The notes beneath the pieces are model-generated. The model was not told where the DNA came from. It searched no databases and was given only the letters and a program-made list of their open reading frames with translations. Shown piece by piece: positions 36,595 through 51,800 of a DNA stretch of 64,000 bases. Where the stretch lies: NCBI GenBank assembly GCA_030141605.1, contig JAQGDQ010000020.1, positions 248,001-312,000 of the forward strand, in the 5' to 3' direction. A program made the position numbers and the translations under genes. Position 1 is the first letter of the stretch; each line of letters starts with the position of its first letter. This DNA is from Tubiluchus corallicola. Lineage: Eukaryota; Animalia; Priapulida.

Positions 36595-37559
36595 TTTTTG
36601 CTTTTGTTCGATAGGTTTAGTTTTAGAGGCAATGGCTATATATTAAGTTTTCTAGACTCAGTGTGTGTTAATTTTCATTTGGGAATTACATTTTACGTTT
36701 ATTGGAACTCGTTACCTAGCGAAATTATAAACTGTCCAAGTCTCAAAATTATTCGCGAACAAACTGCTTAAGGATTACTAATCTGCGCCTAATGTTACCT
36801 AAATAATCACATTCGATATCAAGTGAAACTGTTATAAGTACCAGTAATGCAATGCAACAATAATTAGTTCTCTACGAATGCCGTAAATTTGTGCGTTTCT
36901 CATTGAGCACGGTTTTCTATTTAAATGAACCCATTTTGTCTGTTTTGTAGGCATGCGTTTTGTTGTTATAGTTAGGTATTAGAACATTTAATTTTTTCCT
37001 TTTATCTTTACTAAAAAAAGCACTACGTAAAATTAAATGAAATTTCGCTTGTCTTTAATGTTCTCGGCCAGGGACTACGAAATATACACAGAGAAGCTTA
37101 CTTGCGCTACGACGTCATATAATGCATGGCCTAATGTTTTGGTGATATCAACGACTCCCCCAGTTTTTCATTACATTAATTGGTATCAGTGCTCGGCGAA
37201 AATGGTATGAGATTTTTGTCATTTAATATTTGCAAAGTGTAAGTCTTGTAAGTAAACGGGTGGTCTTGTAGAAAAGGTCCAGCAAATAGAATAACATCAT
37301 TGAATGTAACCACTAATTATTTTTCATTCATTACAATCAAACTAATTATATACTAATTGCAGTCGGTATTTCTTCAACCTTTGGTTTTTGGTTTGTGAGT
37401 ATCTCTTTTCATCTTATTACTTGGGAAAATATGTAAATCAATTTAATCCCCCAGTTAAACTGATGTGTTGTTGAAATAACTACCACTGTGCACCGTGTTT
37501 ACTTTATTTACTGTTGTAAACTATTGTTTACTTGATGTACATGTTACATCATGAATTTA

Positions 37560-37747
<188 letters not shown>

Positions 37748-39838
37748 AGTAATAAAAATACTCCAGAAAATATAGCTCGTTTAAGTATCGCATTACCGTG
37801 CTAAATACATGTACGCCTACTTGCATAAAGCTGTAATCATAACAGTTGTAAACTAGATGGTAATAGCAATATGCATATTGGTAATAGCAACATGAATGTA
37901 AGCTCCCCGTGCAGTTCTCGTATATGTGTTGTTGTATCAATGCTACAGGGACTACTGTGCTTATCACAAATAGAAAAATGACTGTGCGCTATAATTCCCT
38001 TAGGCTGTAATGAATTGTTTGTGGTTGTCAAAAAATGAAAAATTGCCATTTGATTACTTTAACCTAATTGATACGAAAACTGATTCATAACTTGCGCGAC
38101 ATCATTAGGAATTAGAACGCCTAGCGACAAAAAGAGAATTTTTCTTTTTTCCCACAAGCGTTTCATAAACTTTAACCAAGTTAGTAATTTTGTTCATTAA
38201 AAACACATTATTATGATTAGCATACAGATGAAATAAAGGGTCGTAAAACGAAAATATGAACCTAGATTTGATCATAGCCAAGGTATTTGAGGTGCAGTTT
38301 TGTCTCGATCTGGAAATATTACTAAATATCTGATTTTCGACAAATTTCCATTTAAACAAAATTCTAATGGAAACAACATTACACGTTTATTAGACTTTCC
38401 TCATCATCTTGCTACAGTGTATTTTAAACTATAAGCGCTCCTTAAGTTTCAATACTTAATAAAAAATCTGTAAAATAATATTAACGAATCAATAGTTTTA
38501 TCTTCTAAATCAGAGTTAACTGCATGACTTCAAAGAGTGCCTAACAGTTTAACTCCCAATTTTATCTTTACCCAGTTGCGAAGAATCCCTGGCTTATCCT
38601 GAGCTGAGTTTACTGTTGACTTTAACGATTCTTATGTACACTGTCTTTGGTCTCGCCGGTCGATATTTTAATTAATCAATAATAATCCTCTCAGCCTGCT
38701 ACAACACCATCGTTCAGATGGTAAATGGAAAACTCTTGGCTTCCATCACCACTATACGTCTTAACAGTTCGGCCATCCATCGTTACAAAACAATCCGAGC
38801 ATTTTATTGATTTGGCAGCCATACATTTGCGAAGATTGATGCTCCTGTGTGAGTTTGTTGTCTCTATGTACACACGCGAGGGGTAGTTAGGCCGAGTCGA
38901 TGACAGTATGTTAGAGGGAAGTATGCACGAGATCGCTCATTAGAGGCCATGCTATTAACTACAACATTGCTTACCTGTTTCAGTGGGATGTCATCAGATC
39001 AGAACTTTTAGATTCAAATATCTAATTACTGACGATTCTATTCAGCGGCTTCTCGTTTAATATAATGTGCATTGTAGACCTTGTTGAATGGCTTATGAAA
39101 AACTATAGGATACTGATATTTAAAGACATTACTTTTTCAGGCATATAATTATTGCATGATTTGCACTGTGGCCTGTAAAAATATCTCGGAAAATGAGAGG
39201 TAATGGCAGTTGTTTAATATTTCAGAAAAATGGTTCAGTGGGAAATTCTCTAGATGAGGGCGGGTATATCCTATCCTAAAATCTCTCTGAGCTGTGTGTG
39301 CTTGGCTGCATGCGATATTTAAGTAATGCCAAGCCTGACTAGTAAATCATTGACTGCCACACAAATTGTTACTCAGCGGCTTCAACAGCCATGCTGCTTC
39401 CGGTTCTCTCTCTCTTGATGAGAAAAGTTGTATACACATCCGAACTTAGTTAAGACACCGCTGCACGATAAAGCGCTTGGTTAGTACATTACTGAGTAAT
39501 CGTTATATAAATTGTTTATGGGCGGCTTCAGCGGTTATTTTTCCCGTTGAGGAAGGATATATTGAGCTCGGCTAAGACATCTCTGCTGATTCAGTGTGTC
39601 ATTTCAAAAGATTATACTTAGTAAGTAGCCAAGTTCCGAACACGTCATAACTATCTGACATCAGTAGTATACCTTTCCATCTTCAAAGTAGGCTACTATA
39701 TTTTTGTGCATCTGCTCACAGCTTCCCATTGTGTAACAGCCAGTTCACTGTCACCTGTCTGTTTTCTTACACGAAAAACAACGTCCTTTATTTGAGATAC
39801 TTCAGCAAATATTTAAATTGAAATTGTTACAGTAGCTT

Positions 39839-42800
39839 TCAGATGACACTCTCACCAAAATTACTTCCACTTCTAACATTTCTGTTGTAAGACCTGGCCA
39901 AATGTGCACTGGATTTCGCGTAATTAGGTAGTGATTTCGTACCGTAGTGTTGCTTTGACTTATCAATGGTAGCATAAATCTGTCCTCCTGCAGGCTTCGA
40001 ACCGGTGGGCTTGGCACGACTAGAGGGCTTGGAATCTGGAGTGCCTTCATTGAGATCATAGTATTTTAAAAACGGCTGTCCAGATGCCCCGCCTACCTGA
40101 TCTTCTTGTAGCAAAGCCTGTTCATCGTGTACATACTGTCCTGTTAACATGGGTGCGCCACTCGAAGGTTTCCACCCCTGAAACGAATCAACGCTATTCT
40201 GCTTCCACAAATCCGGCTTACAATTCTTCAGATTGCGCGCAATAAAATACGTATCCCCCACAGAAGACGACGAGTCGTAGTCGAGATAGCGTTCGGCGCA
40301 TGCATAACCGTTATTGCGGTCGCCATTTGTGTACACGCTGGCCTCTGTTTGTTCAGCCATGTTTGCATCTAATAAATTGTCATTTTGATGGAATGTTCTG
40401 AATCGGCAAGCAGGTGTACTGGCGTCGCCGGGAGTCGTGTAGCTGTTTCTGCACTGCTTACAAGCGTTTGCACTTGCCACAGAGTTCGTATCGCCTGACG
40501 TAGATGATGACCCAATGACTTTCATTTCTCCGTTGGTGGGACTTTGCAGATGTGACATGACAGTATCACTGCGCCGAATGGCACAGTATTCACTGCCCAC
40601 TGCTGTGTAGTTCGAGTCAGATCTTGGCATGTTAGCTGAGCCATTGTCGGCTTGTAGCAAGGAAGCACTCTCTGTGCCTATCTGCTCTGTTACAGCTGTC
40701 TCCGTGTTCCCCTGCACCACTGAGCCATTGATATGGCTGGTTTCTGTAACGAGGTAAAGCAAATAGTTAAGCCTTGCGTTTCTCAGTGAAAGTTCATCAT
40801 ATTAAAATCTTTGTACTGCGATAGATTTTTCAATCGGCGGTACCACAAATAAAGTTTTAAAAATTAAACATAGTTAATGATCAAAAGCCAGAAAGATCAA
40901 CAAGGACAAAATGTCCTCAAGAGCTGGTTAAATTTTGTTCGTTTGCCTCATCTTTTACTCGCTATAGATTTTTTAAAAACGTATAAACAAATGTCTGTAA
41001 ATAATGGTAGCTTAAAAGGCCAGTGGATAAAAAGGAAATGTTAACCTAATACTTCGCCATAACCAAAATTAGTGTTGACAAGACGTGTAATTAGAAAATC
41101 AAAAGCTAAATATAAAGTCAAAAACGCCGAATATTTGTTTACTTTAAAATTTATTTATTTTATCAGGTAGCGCAGAAAAAACGTGCTGAAGTTTCGACAA
41201 CAATAATATTAGAAGCAAGTCCCCTAACAAAGTTGAAATTTCAAAGCTTAATATTACAATACATTACCTTTTCGCTGCGAAAGTTACTAGTTTTAGTTTA
41301 TAGTTTTAGTAATTTTTAAGTTATAGATGAAAAGCCTTTGTTAAAAATTTAAATTCTCGAACAATGTCAACTAATAATCAACGGGAAAACAGCCATGTTG
41401 AAATATAAATACAACGTGCCAGCAACGTGCTAATATATTCTTGCAAAACAATAAAGAAATCAAGAGCCTCAAAGAGAGATTTGATGCAGAGGAACTAGAA
41501 GCAAAAATGCTGAGCATTATGCTCCATACAGAAGTGAGAAACTATATCAGCTGCTGGAAGAAACATCTTTGACTAGTTTGCATTGAAAACGATTGACATG
41601 AGACGCAGTTGCTTGTAAGTATTAACACTAGTTACAAAACGTGAATTTGCTCAAAACCACAAACCTCTTGATTCTCTTAGCTGATTATCTGTTTCTCTCA
41701 GGCCGCCGCAGCAAAGTGCAGTGACGGTCTTCCTGTACCCATCCCGGTACGATTGAGCTAGGAAGCCATAGAGGAACGGATTGAACAGGCCAGGAAGTGA
41801 CGTGCTGAGCATTATATACATCACAGTTGAGATCTTTAACTGGTAGCCTAGTTTCGTCAATGTTATCACAACCTGAAACAAATATCCCTACACTAAGAAT
41901 ATTAACACAGAGATAATAAGTTCATTAATAAAAGTACTTAAACAATAAAGAAAATAAAAGATATACAACGACTAAATGCACCACTATGGATTATCTTCAG
42001 GTGTAAAGGAAGCGCAGTCGATCACAAAACATTATTATTTTGGATTTTCACATTCACTAAAGATCTAAGAACCTTACGCGAAGAACCACAGTCACCGAAG
42101 AAGGGATACAGTAAGCAAATGCAACAAAAGAAACAAAACAAACAGTAACGCATTGTAGCAACAGATGTCCCAATAGCACCGGGGTGTAAAACAAAATATA
42201 TAAAGTAGAATTCTGTTGTTATTACTAGTGTTTTTTGCGTTTTTCGGACTTCTCTGGTTTTTGATTACTGAGCACAATGTAAACACACTGTGCTTCTTCT
42301 GTGAGTGCATCTCTTCACATGTGGTTTTTCTATGGTTTTTGGTGAATGTGTTTATATTATAAATAAAAAAAATTGTGTTTAGTGATCGTTTGTGTCTTTT
42401 CATTTTCACATAAAGATAATATATAGTGGCGGGCTGAAATGTCGTGCATCTTTTGTTTTCCTTATTATGTGACTTTTTTATTATTTAGAATACTAATCTG
42501 TTTTCTACTCATTAAAGTCGGGTTTAAGGTTAATACATACAACACGATTGAGCAAGCTGTTCTGCTATTATGCTCTTTTGACTGAATATAAATAACAAAC
42601 AGAGATTATTATTATTATTACCCTTATTACCATGCCTATACAACAGGCAGTATAGCAGCAGGGAAACAGCGCTGTCGAACCCTCATATGTATTGTTCCAG
42701 TAAACTACAGCGCCTGGCACAAGACTCATAATATTAAAAAAGCACTTCTTGTATCAAGATGATATGATAACTAAATTTGTTCTTGTCATTATTTTCCGAA

Positions 42801-45800
42801 TGGCGATCCTGTCATTTTTCGAAAACCGTGATGTGCAGTTAAAAAGCGAACTTGTATTTATTAACTATTTGTAGCAGGTAAAATTTTTACCTGACGGGCT
42901 ACCTGATCGTGTTTGTATGTATATGTAGGTAAACTATTTGCTTTACTTTTGCACACTATTATTACTGCCACGTCAGAACATTATTTTTAAGTCATTTTTC
43001 TAAATATTATACGCTCTTCCCAGAACGATGTATAAATGAATCAAACTCCCAGAGAAACGTGACATTTTGCACTGTATTTTTACCTTGTTATTTAATTAAC
43101 CTCTTATTAATCATAATTTCGAGCACATCCACTAGTTTTAATTCAACAACACACAATTGCCACGTATCATGATGGCTGTTAATTTTGTCAATGGGGCAGC
43201 AAATTAGCATTCATTGAGTTTTTTAGTTTGTTTCTCCAATAGGAATCTGTTTATTTTCCAAAATCATAATTTAATAATTAAGCTAAAGATAATTTAAATG
43301 GAAAGAAAAGAGAATTTTAAAGTATATCCCAAAGAACTTTCCATACAAACTTAAATCACCTAGCATTACGCTTACTTGTTTGAAAGACTTCTGTAGTTGA
43401 AAGAGAAAATTCTTAATAATTTAAAGTATTCGCTCCACCTTGTAAAACGGCACTACATCTTACTGACAATACATATAAAGTAATCACATTTTGCTCAGTT
43501 AGTCAAAAGTTTTCTACAAATGCTTTGATTATTTTTTCAAGCTTTACACCTTGTTATCTGAACTTGCTTCAAACGATTTGCCGTTAAAATGGCTGAGCAT
43601 GACGTTCACCGCGGGAGTTTAAATTTACAAGTTTTATACAGCGTTACTGCAAGCCCTGTATGCAATAACATAACACGTAAGTGATTAAAATTTCAAGACG
43701 ATTTTCAATCTTTATTTATGAAGCGTGTTTTCTTGTGCTTTAACGCAAGTTTAACTGATGAAGTTAAATCGACGCCGAGTTATTTTTTGCTATATAATTA
43801 AAACAGCTTAATTAGAATCGAACGATTCTACAGGCATTGGTCAGAGAACAGGAACTGAACTTTATCAAAACGTTGCAGATGCTGTGTTTGAATAAAGCCC
43901 AGGTCTTTGCTTAAGTGGGTGCTGTCCGTCATTTTTATTTGTTTGTTTGTTTTTTTCATTCAAGGCATATTTTCTAGTATGTAAAATAGTTTTTATTCGG
44001 GTTTGATAGATATCTTTAAAAAAAAATTTCATATAGTTCAGCACATTCTAAGTTAGGTTACATAGTGGCATGACCGTCTGCAAAAGTTGCGTTATGCTTA
44101 TAGTTCTTTCTCTTTGGATAACTGTCTAGGAACTGCAAGTCAAAATCCAACATTCAGCGGCAGGTCCTACTCAGAATTAAATTGTTGTGGCGAGACCGAG
44201 GCCAGACTCATTATCAAGGCTGTGCCTCTAAAATGACCTCAACCGTTCGGATGTGTATGCATCTCCCATTTTCGAGATGAACAGTCCAAATCATCACTGT
44301 GAGTGAATATCCCCAGGGGGATGACCCGACTCGGCGCTATCTTAACTTAGGTGGCCAAACGCCGCCGTTTCTACTGGAACTTGTTTCAGTCAAAATAAAG
44401 ACATCTTGATGATATTTTTATTCATATGTCGCCTTCCAATATTCTAACCGATTCCATATTCGATTTTTTCGAACTTCTGGAACCCATTTGGCGGCGAATA
44501 TATTTAACATTTTCCTCTGAGGGTTGATCAATATTCTGCAGTCTGAGAGCTGTAAGAAACATCTATTTAGACGGACGCAACCGCAAAATTAAGTATTTTC
44601 CGCTCTTTTACGTTCTTTCATATTTCTCTCGTCGCGTTGAAAATTCTTAGCTGAATTGATCTTTTCTGAATTTTGCAAGGGGAAATTATACGACAGCTTT
44701 TAGAGCATTAAAATGTCTACATGTTGGAGCAGCTTGCTTAGACATAGTTATTACCATACTTCACGATCATAAAATTTCACTAAACTTGCATAATATGTCA
44801 CTGAATAACTAGGAATCAAAACCACGCAAGGATGAAAGATATTCGACACACGCATTCTCCCAGGCAGGCGCGAATATTGTAGATGCCAGGTAATGAAATG
44901 TATGAGGTTTATTAGCACTTATATTACAGACCGCTGATTATAGTGAGTATACATTAATAAAAGTAATGACAATTTAAAAACAATAAAACATAAAAAGACA
45001 AATAAAACATTTTAATTCTATTTGTTGGTTTGAATAAGATTATTACCATTTAACAGACGTTTAAAATATAGAATGGCAGAATAGAAGTTGCAGTTATCTT
45101 CTGCTTTTAGAATTTCTTAATTAAGTAAAATTGACCTGATTTGAGTTGATAGGTAACAAATGAAAATGTACTTCAGACTGAAATATTTTACTTGGAAAAT
45201 TCTAATTCTTGTTCCTCTGTTCTTCTATCAGTTAATGTTCTTAGTTATAAAGTATGCATTGCACTGTCGAAATCAAGAAACCATTAATTTTCAGAGATCT
45301 AAAAATTTTCATATTCATTTAAATAAATGAAATGATTAAGAAATGATTGCATTGCTTAATTTAATAAGCAGGTGTATTTATATTATTATTCTGCGTAGTC
45401 AGACAATACAAAGCAAAACTGAGAACTTTCAACAAGCGACACTAATAAAGACAACTTTTCTGCGATCCGGATATAACATCTACCAATTGAAGCACTGCTT
45501 ACGGTTTGATACTACGCCAGAAAATTTGAGATCAAGTCTGTATGAGAGTATGAGTACAAGCTGATTATAGTAAAAGTGAGAAAACTACTCCATGTTGCGA
45601 TACAACAAGTAAAAACAATACACCTAGGAACGCTTCGAAGTGAAATATTACAATTAAATAAAACGTGCGGTACGCTGAAGGAAGCGCGCAAACCTTGGAC
45701 TCGAGGGATATATGAAAACCGGCAACGCTGCTGTGTCAAATGTGATTTGCTGTTCACAAATAATTGCATCGTAAATTATGGTTGTCATGTAAATCTCGAA

Positions 45801-48800
45801 AATTAAATTATGCAGTATACCCCTGCATGTATGGAGCATGGACACGAAGGAACAAGACTGTTCGGTATTGTGTAGAGTTTAAACATGGAGAAAGACTTTA
45901 ACATTAATAAGACTTAAAGGACAAGAAAAGGGGTACCTCAAGTAAGTTTCCGAAAAATTGCCTTAAAAAAATTATGTTAGTTTGTAGCAATTTTATGCTA
46001 TATATCGTACTCGCACTGAAAGGATTTTTTTGTTTTCATTTTAAATCTCCCGCAATACTGTTCCGACGGCATATACGCACTACGTAAATCAGGGGAAGAA
46101 AAATAAATGTTAAATTATGTCCCGAAGAACTTTCCAGGCAAATCTATATTACTTATTATTTCGCTTACCTGCTTGAAAGACTTATGTAACTAGAAAAGAA
46201 AATTTTTAATAATTTAAAATGTTTTCAGCAATTGTTTTTTTGCTGACTGTCTAGCGGTTTTGCGGAAATCATAATAATAATGTAATGATGTGTTATTGTA
46301 ACTGGTTTTGGTAAACCAACCAGATGCGAAACTGTAAGCTAAAATTTTTGTCAAACTAGTATAGAACGCGAAGTATTGGGTTACTCGCTTACTAAGTTTT
46401 TCGTAACTTATCAACTGTCTATATACATCGCTTAGAGCATCTTTTAGCGTTGCCATATAATCCATTTCGTAAATATGTAATTTAGAACGCTGCTTGACAT
46501 TGCTATAGATCCGTTTTACCGCAAAAATTTAGAATATGAGTAGCTCTACTGTTAGGTTACAATATAAAAACCTATTAATCAAACAGCAACGAAATTAGCT
46601 TGTTCAGAATATTAAAACTTTGCTGCAGAATAAACAACTGCTGGGAACGCATTGATGGGTTCTGAATACAATCGTTATAGTGCTATACGAATCATGACAT
46701 CTTTCGAGAAAAAGTTTGAGGTAAACGAGCAAGTATTGAATACACTAATTAGCTGTGATGTTTGCTTAACTATGTGCACAATAGTTAGTCTATAACTGGT
46801 GTTCCTCTGTTCCTCGAATGAAGTTTAATCAGCGCCGGTGATTGATGCTTTGCATTTTTGTCAAATCTCAAGGCGGCCGCAAGATCTATTAATAATGTGG
46901 AAGAAGAGGAATGTAGCTCTTACTACAAGCATAAACTTCTAAACTTTGACACTGAAGAGACAGAAGTTGTTGATTGGATGGTTTACACACCCTCTTTCAA
47001 CTAGGGTCCCTCTACGACCTATTTGCAGTTTCAAATGGTCGGGAATGGATTTTATTTTTAGTCTCTGACGTGAAATGATTTCATGATGTCTAGATTTAGG
47101 ATCACAAAAGCTTGTAAGTATACCTAGGAGTGAAGTCTATTTAGTCACTAAAGACAAAGCAAAATTAACATAATCTTTGGTTTGAAGACCACAAGAACAT
47201 GACAACAGCTATTGCCACTAAATTGGGCATAGGTTCGAAGACGTGTGCGGTTTTTTGGACTGGTACCTACATTTTTCCTAACTACTGTTTAGTATGAGAA
47301 TGGATCAATGCTAATTGTGACAAACACATTGCGGATGGAGCACTAATTAAGTTGTATGGAAAGCTTTACTGAACATAAATGATTAGTTTTACATGTTGTA
47401 ATCGTCAACGAAGTAATCTTCAAAACCTAAGAACAAGGAACAACGTTATAGGATAAGCACGTGGAAAAGTGAACACTGCGTTGCACCTACTACTAAGACT
47501 TGCATTTGTAATTTTTGGCCTGGCAATTAGATCCAATTGGGTTAATCCAAATCGGTGGATTTCTGTGCCTTAGCACGTATATGTTAGCCCATTATATGCG
47601 TGACCTATTATAATAGAAAATCATGAACGACATTCCTGATCATATTTGATTTGGGCAGTCACTATAGAAATGTTCACATCAAGTTTTGCCGCTGATGTCT
47701 TCAATGTCATCTTAAAAGCAATGTAGGCCTCTATTTTGCCACATGTGGAACCAAAATGTTAAAGTAAGCTTAACGGCCATCAAGTAAGCCTAAAAATTCG
47801 GTGAAGAGTGCTTTTAATACAACTATTTTTGACAAAATCAACGAAAAACATGCTGAAACGAGATGCGCAAAATAGCAACAAGTGTTCATGGCAACTATCC
47901 TGTGTACCGTGCCTTAAGATGGCCCTGGACATTTTCTGTTGATGGAGTGTCAGTTTTCAAGTGTCATCTTTGGCACTTGAAGTTCTCTAGCAGAAAATTA
48001 CAGATAAATTTGTAGTGACAGGGACAACTTTTCTATTGTAGCCCGCAGAACGACATGGCACTAATTCTTAGGATTGGGTTGGAATTAACATTCCGTTGAT
48101 TAAGTGTAATTTATGCGGAATATTACTGTTTAGCAGAAAGCCACCAACGATTTCCTAATGGTCATTTCTCGATCAAGACATCTAGAACAAATCGGTCTGA
48201 ACAGGACGTTTTCCCTTGATAAGCACTGAGTCTGGAGATAAGTTTGGAGCGGGCATTTTAATCATCTTTGCAGTTTCATTGAATATAGCAGATAAAATTG
48301 CTGTCATAGGTCAGTTCTTGGTAAAGACAGTCTATGAAGCCATTTAGTGCAATTGTTTGACTTGGATATGGTGTATTCGTTAAATACCGCTTTTTGTTTA
48401 TTGCTTAATCATTATGGCAGCAAGGCCTCAGGTAAATCATCAGTGTAATATTAAGCATAGCTTATTAGATTTCTTTCATATGGAACTACAAAACTAGTTG
48501 AAGCCTTTGCGGCTGATTAAGCGGTTTGAACATTTAGTATGGTTAGCGTTTACCTTACATATAAGGTTGCAACAACTGCATAGAGAGTCAAGGGACAACG
48601 TGTGCGGTACGATTAGAGTTTACCGCGTACAGTTGTCGCAAGTAATCAAGCTTGCTCAAAACCTGTGCGTCAAGCAGAGTGTCAAGCAACCGCAACAATA
48701 TCCTATTATCTGAAATGAAGAAGACCAATAGCGCACATGACTTATTGATTTCAGCAGCTGTGCACGAGAACGATTAACGTCTTCGCGATGTGCCCGGTGT

Positions 48801-51800
48801 CCGCAACAAACTGCAATTACTTGATTTGCCCTACCGGCAAGCATAAATTGTTCATTTGCAAACTGTACGAACTATTAACTCAGTATGGCTTCGTCTAGCA
48901 GTTTATGACACCCCTGGTATAACTCTTGGGAATTAGGCTTCTGAAAACAAGCCACGTGCGAAAGAATAAAAAAGTCGAAAGGATGCATTAAAGATTAATG
49001 CTCTTTTGCAGTGCTCATATAACTTGATTATACGACTAGTAGAGTGACAGTAATCGTCCGTATTTGGGGTAGTAACGGCCAAGAACGACTCGTAATTACC
49101 ACATTCTTTCTGAAATTCTGATTCATTAACTGGTTAGGCTATAATGCACAATAAGTTTGCAATGAAGTTCTGATAACCCTATTCAAGTGCTTTAAATTAA
49201 ATTAACAAAGTGCACCGTTGATGCTTAAAAATTTACGATATACAGTATTGTAATAAAATTGCTTGTTACAACTGGTAATGTACTTAGCGCCCGATATTGT
49301 GTAGTCCAGGAAAAAATAACGCATAATCTAATAAAAGTTGACACATAATGTGATAACCCGAAGAGCAGCGTATATTATAAAACCACAAAACAATGTGATA
49401 ACTAACTAAATTAGTGATACCTGGTACCAATAGTGTAGTGTTGAGGGACTACGTGGGAATGGCGTATTTCTTGACTCGGTTTGAAAGTGATGTTGCCTCA
49501 CTAGTTCAAGTTAATTTTAACCGGCACTTCTCATATAGTTTATACATACCATGCGTAGGCCTACAGCGGTATTCTAGTAGAAATGTGTCTGAACACAATA
49601 GTTATTTACATGCCTTTAACTCAGTGTAGCATTATGTTAAAAATTTTAAAAGACTCGTAATTTGGATAAAACTCGTGTATTCGACTATGATATTTTACAT
49701 TCATATAACCAATAAATAATCGGATCCGTTTCCGCTAGTGCTCACACAGAAACTACTAATTTGAAACTTTATAGCTGCTTATAAAGTATATATTTTAAAA
49801 ATATTTGGAAACCAGCAGGCGTAAAGCACTTATACTGACCCTTTAACTATGTTACTATTTGTTTCCATAGATGTAGACTCCTGTGTTAAATAATGTCTTC
49901 CAAAAGTGTATTAAAAGTACCGAGTATGCGTGTTGGTGTTCGTGCGTGAGTGTTAATTCAGTCATTGGATTAAATACTTGATACGTCAGTGAAAAAGCAG
50001 TCATGAACCAAGGAAAAACAACAACAACATCATACCACAAAGAAGTGGAGCGGTTAGTTGATTAAATGAGCCGTCATTGACTCACTGCGCTGATGGTAAA
50101 TCGTTGAAGAGGGTTGCGATGTCCAGGAACTAATACGCACCTCTTCATATTCCAAAAAAATCAAAAATATTTTAATACATATTATAAGAAAACTGTACCA
50201 AGTAACATTAATTCTACTTGTTATTACATTAGGTTAGAATTTTTGTTATTACGTTATTTTGGGGGTCTAACATTATGCGTTAGTATCGGTTACTTTTATT
50301 ATGCGACCAGTATCGGTTATTTATATTACATTGCGCGTTTATTTTTTATTGCAATATGTGTTAATTTTTTGTGTTAAAATACAAGCGTTTATTGCAATAT
50401 CAGCTATAACACGGTAGAACACAGCCTTGGTTTTTCGTACTATATAAAAAGTATTTTAGAATGCAATCTAAAACACCTGTGCTATCTGCCATACTACCGA
50501 GGACAATTTGTCCTATTAACGACACACATATGCTGTCTTATCTTACAATACTGCCCTTCACAATGGGCTGGATTTCGTCTCGCCACAACCATTTAACATT
50601 AACAGGCAGGTCTACAGTTGAATTGCGGCCGCTCACTGTAAAACACTGACTGAAAAGGGTTTGGCCTTTTTTGACAAGGTAATTTCACTGCAAAGTAAGC
50701 GTTAAAATATGATTACAGCATGACGACTACTTAGCCTTAGAATAGTTTCTCTAAAACTACCGATTTGAAAAAACCGCTTTTATTGAATAGTGTTTGTGGC
50801 GTGAATATCCCCTAATTTTAGCCAGATTTCCAAAGTGTAAGGACGTGCCATCTGGAGAAGAATTTTCCTAACAGCTTTTGCCTGGAAATTGTTCATCCAG
50901 AAATGGCCAAGCTTGACGCATAATATTACATTGTTTATGTATCCATACCCAAAATGCTTAACTGTCCAATTATCTAGATTTTCACTGCCCAAGAGTCCAC
51001 TGTCCAAGTGTCCGTTATAAATTGCTGAAGTGATCACTGTCAAGTGTCTGCCACTAATGTGCTCATTATCAAAGTGTCTTAACTCCTTAGTCTAGTAAGA
51101 CAGGCCGAAGAATAACGGATTGGCGCTATTAATAGTTTTTGAAAGTTATTGTTGTTTGAAGTTTTATAAGTTATTTAATTATTTTGTCATCCCCATGTTC
51201 ACGCAATGGGGAAAAACTCAAAGAATAGAAATGTGGAAACCGCTTTTCGTCAAAGAAGATTTCTTTGACGAATAAACTCGGAATTGTATTCGTGTTTTGC
51301 TTGAGTATTCGTTATTGCACTACACTTGAGTACTGCGTATTGATCGCATGAACGTGCGCGCATTTCAGCAAAAATAATGCTTTCTTGTGTACGATAATGA
51401 ATGCAAAGCAAAGGCAATCTGTCCAATGACATGTACGAATGATATATAGAGCTTCTGTGTTGATATGCAGTTTGACAAACTCAGATAAGCTGCCTAAGAC
51501 TTGAATGTCACGCACAATAGACTTGGCGTTAGACGATCAACATAAATGGACGCCAAATTGTCCCTGAAGATGAAACTGTTTGTTACTAAAGATGAAATTG
51601 TTTTCTTTCGTGCATCTGCAGTTTTTAATCAAAACAAGATTTCCTACGTATTTTGCAGGCTCTTTGTAATTAGGAAGTAATTTCACGTGTGCCTTGGTTT
51701 CAATCTTATAAATGCTGTGTTTGCATGTTAGGAATGGCTCTACTCACATCAAATTTCTCAACCGGTTACGCAAATGAAAATCGCTATGCGTGAAGTTTAA

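Noticed and set aside
39839-40762. 307-aa ORF as a stand-alone gene
   Set aside because: It has a non-ATG start, and a good acceptor at 40743 matches the phase of GPCR exon 2, so it is better explained as the terminal exon.
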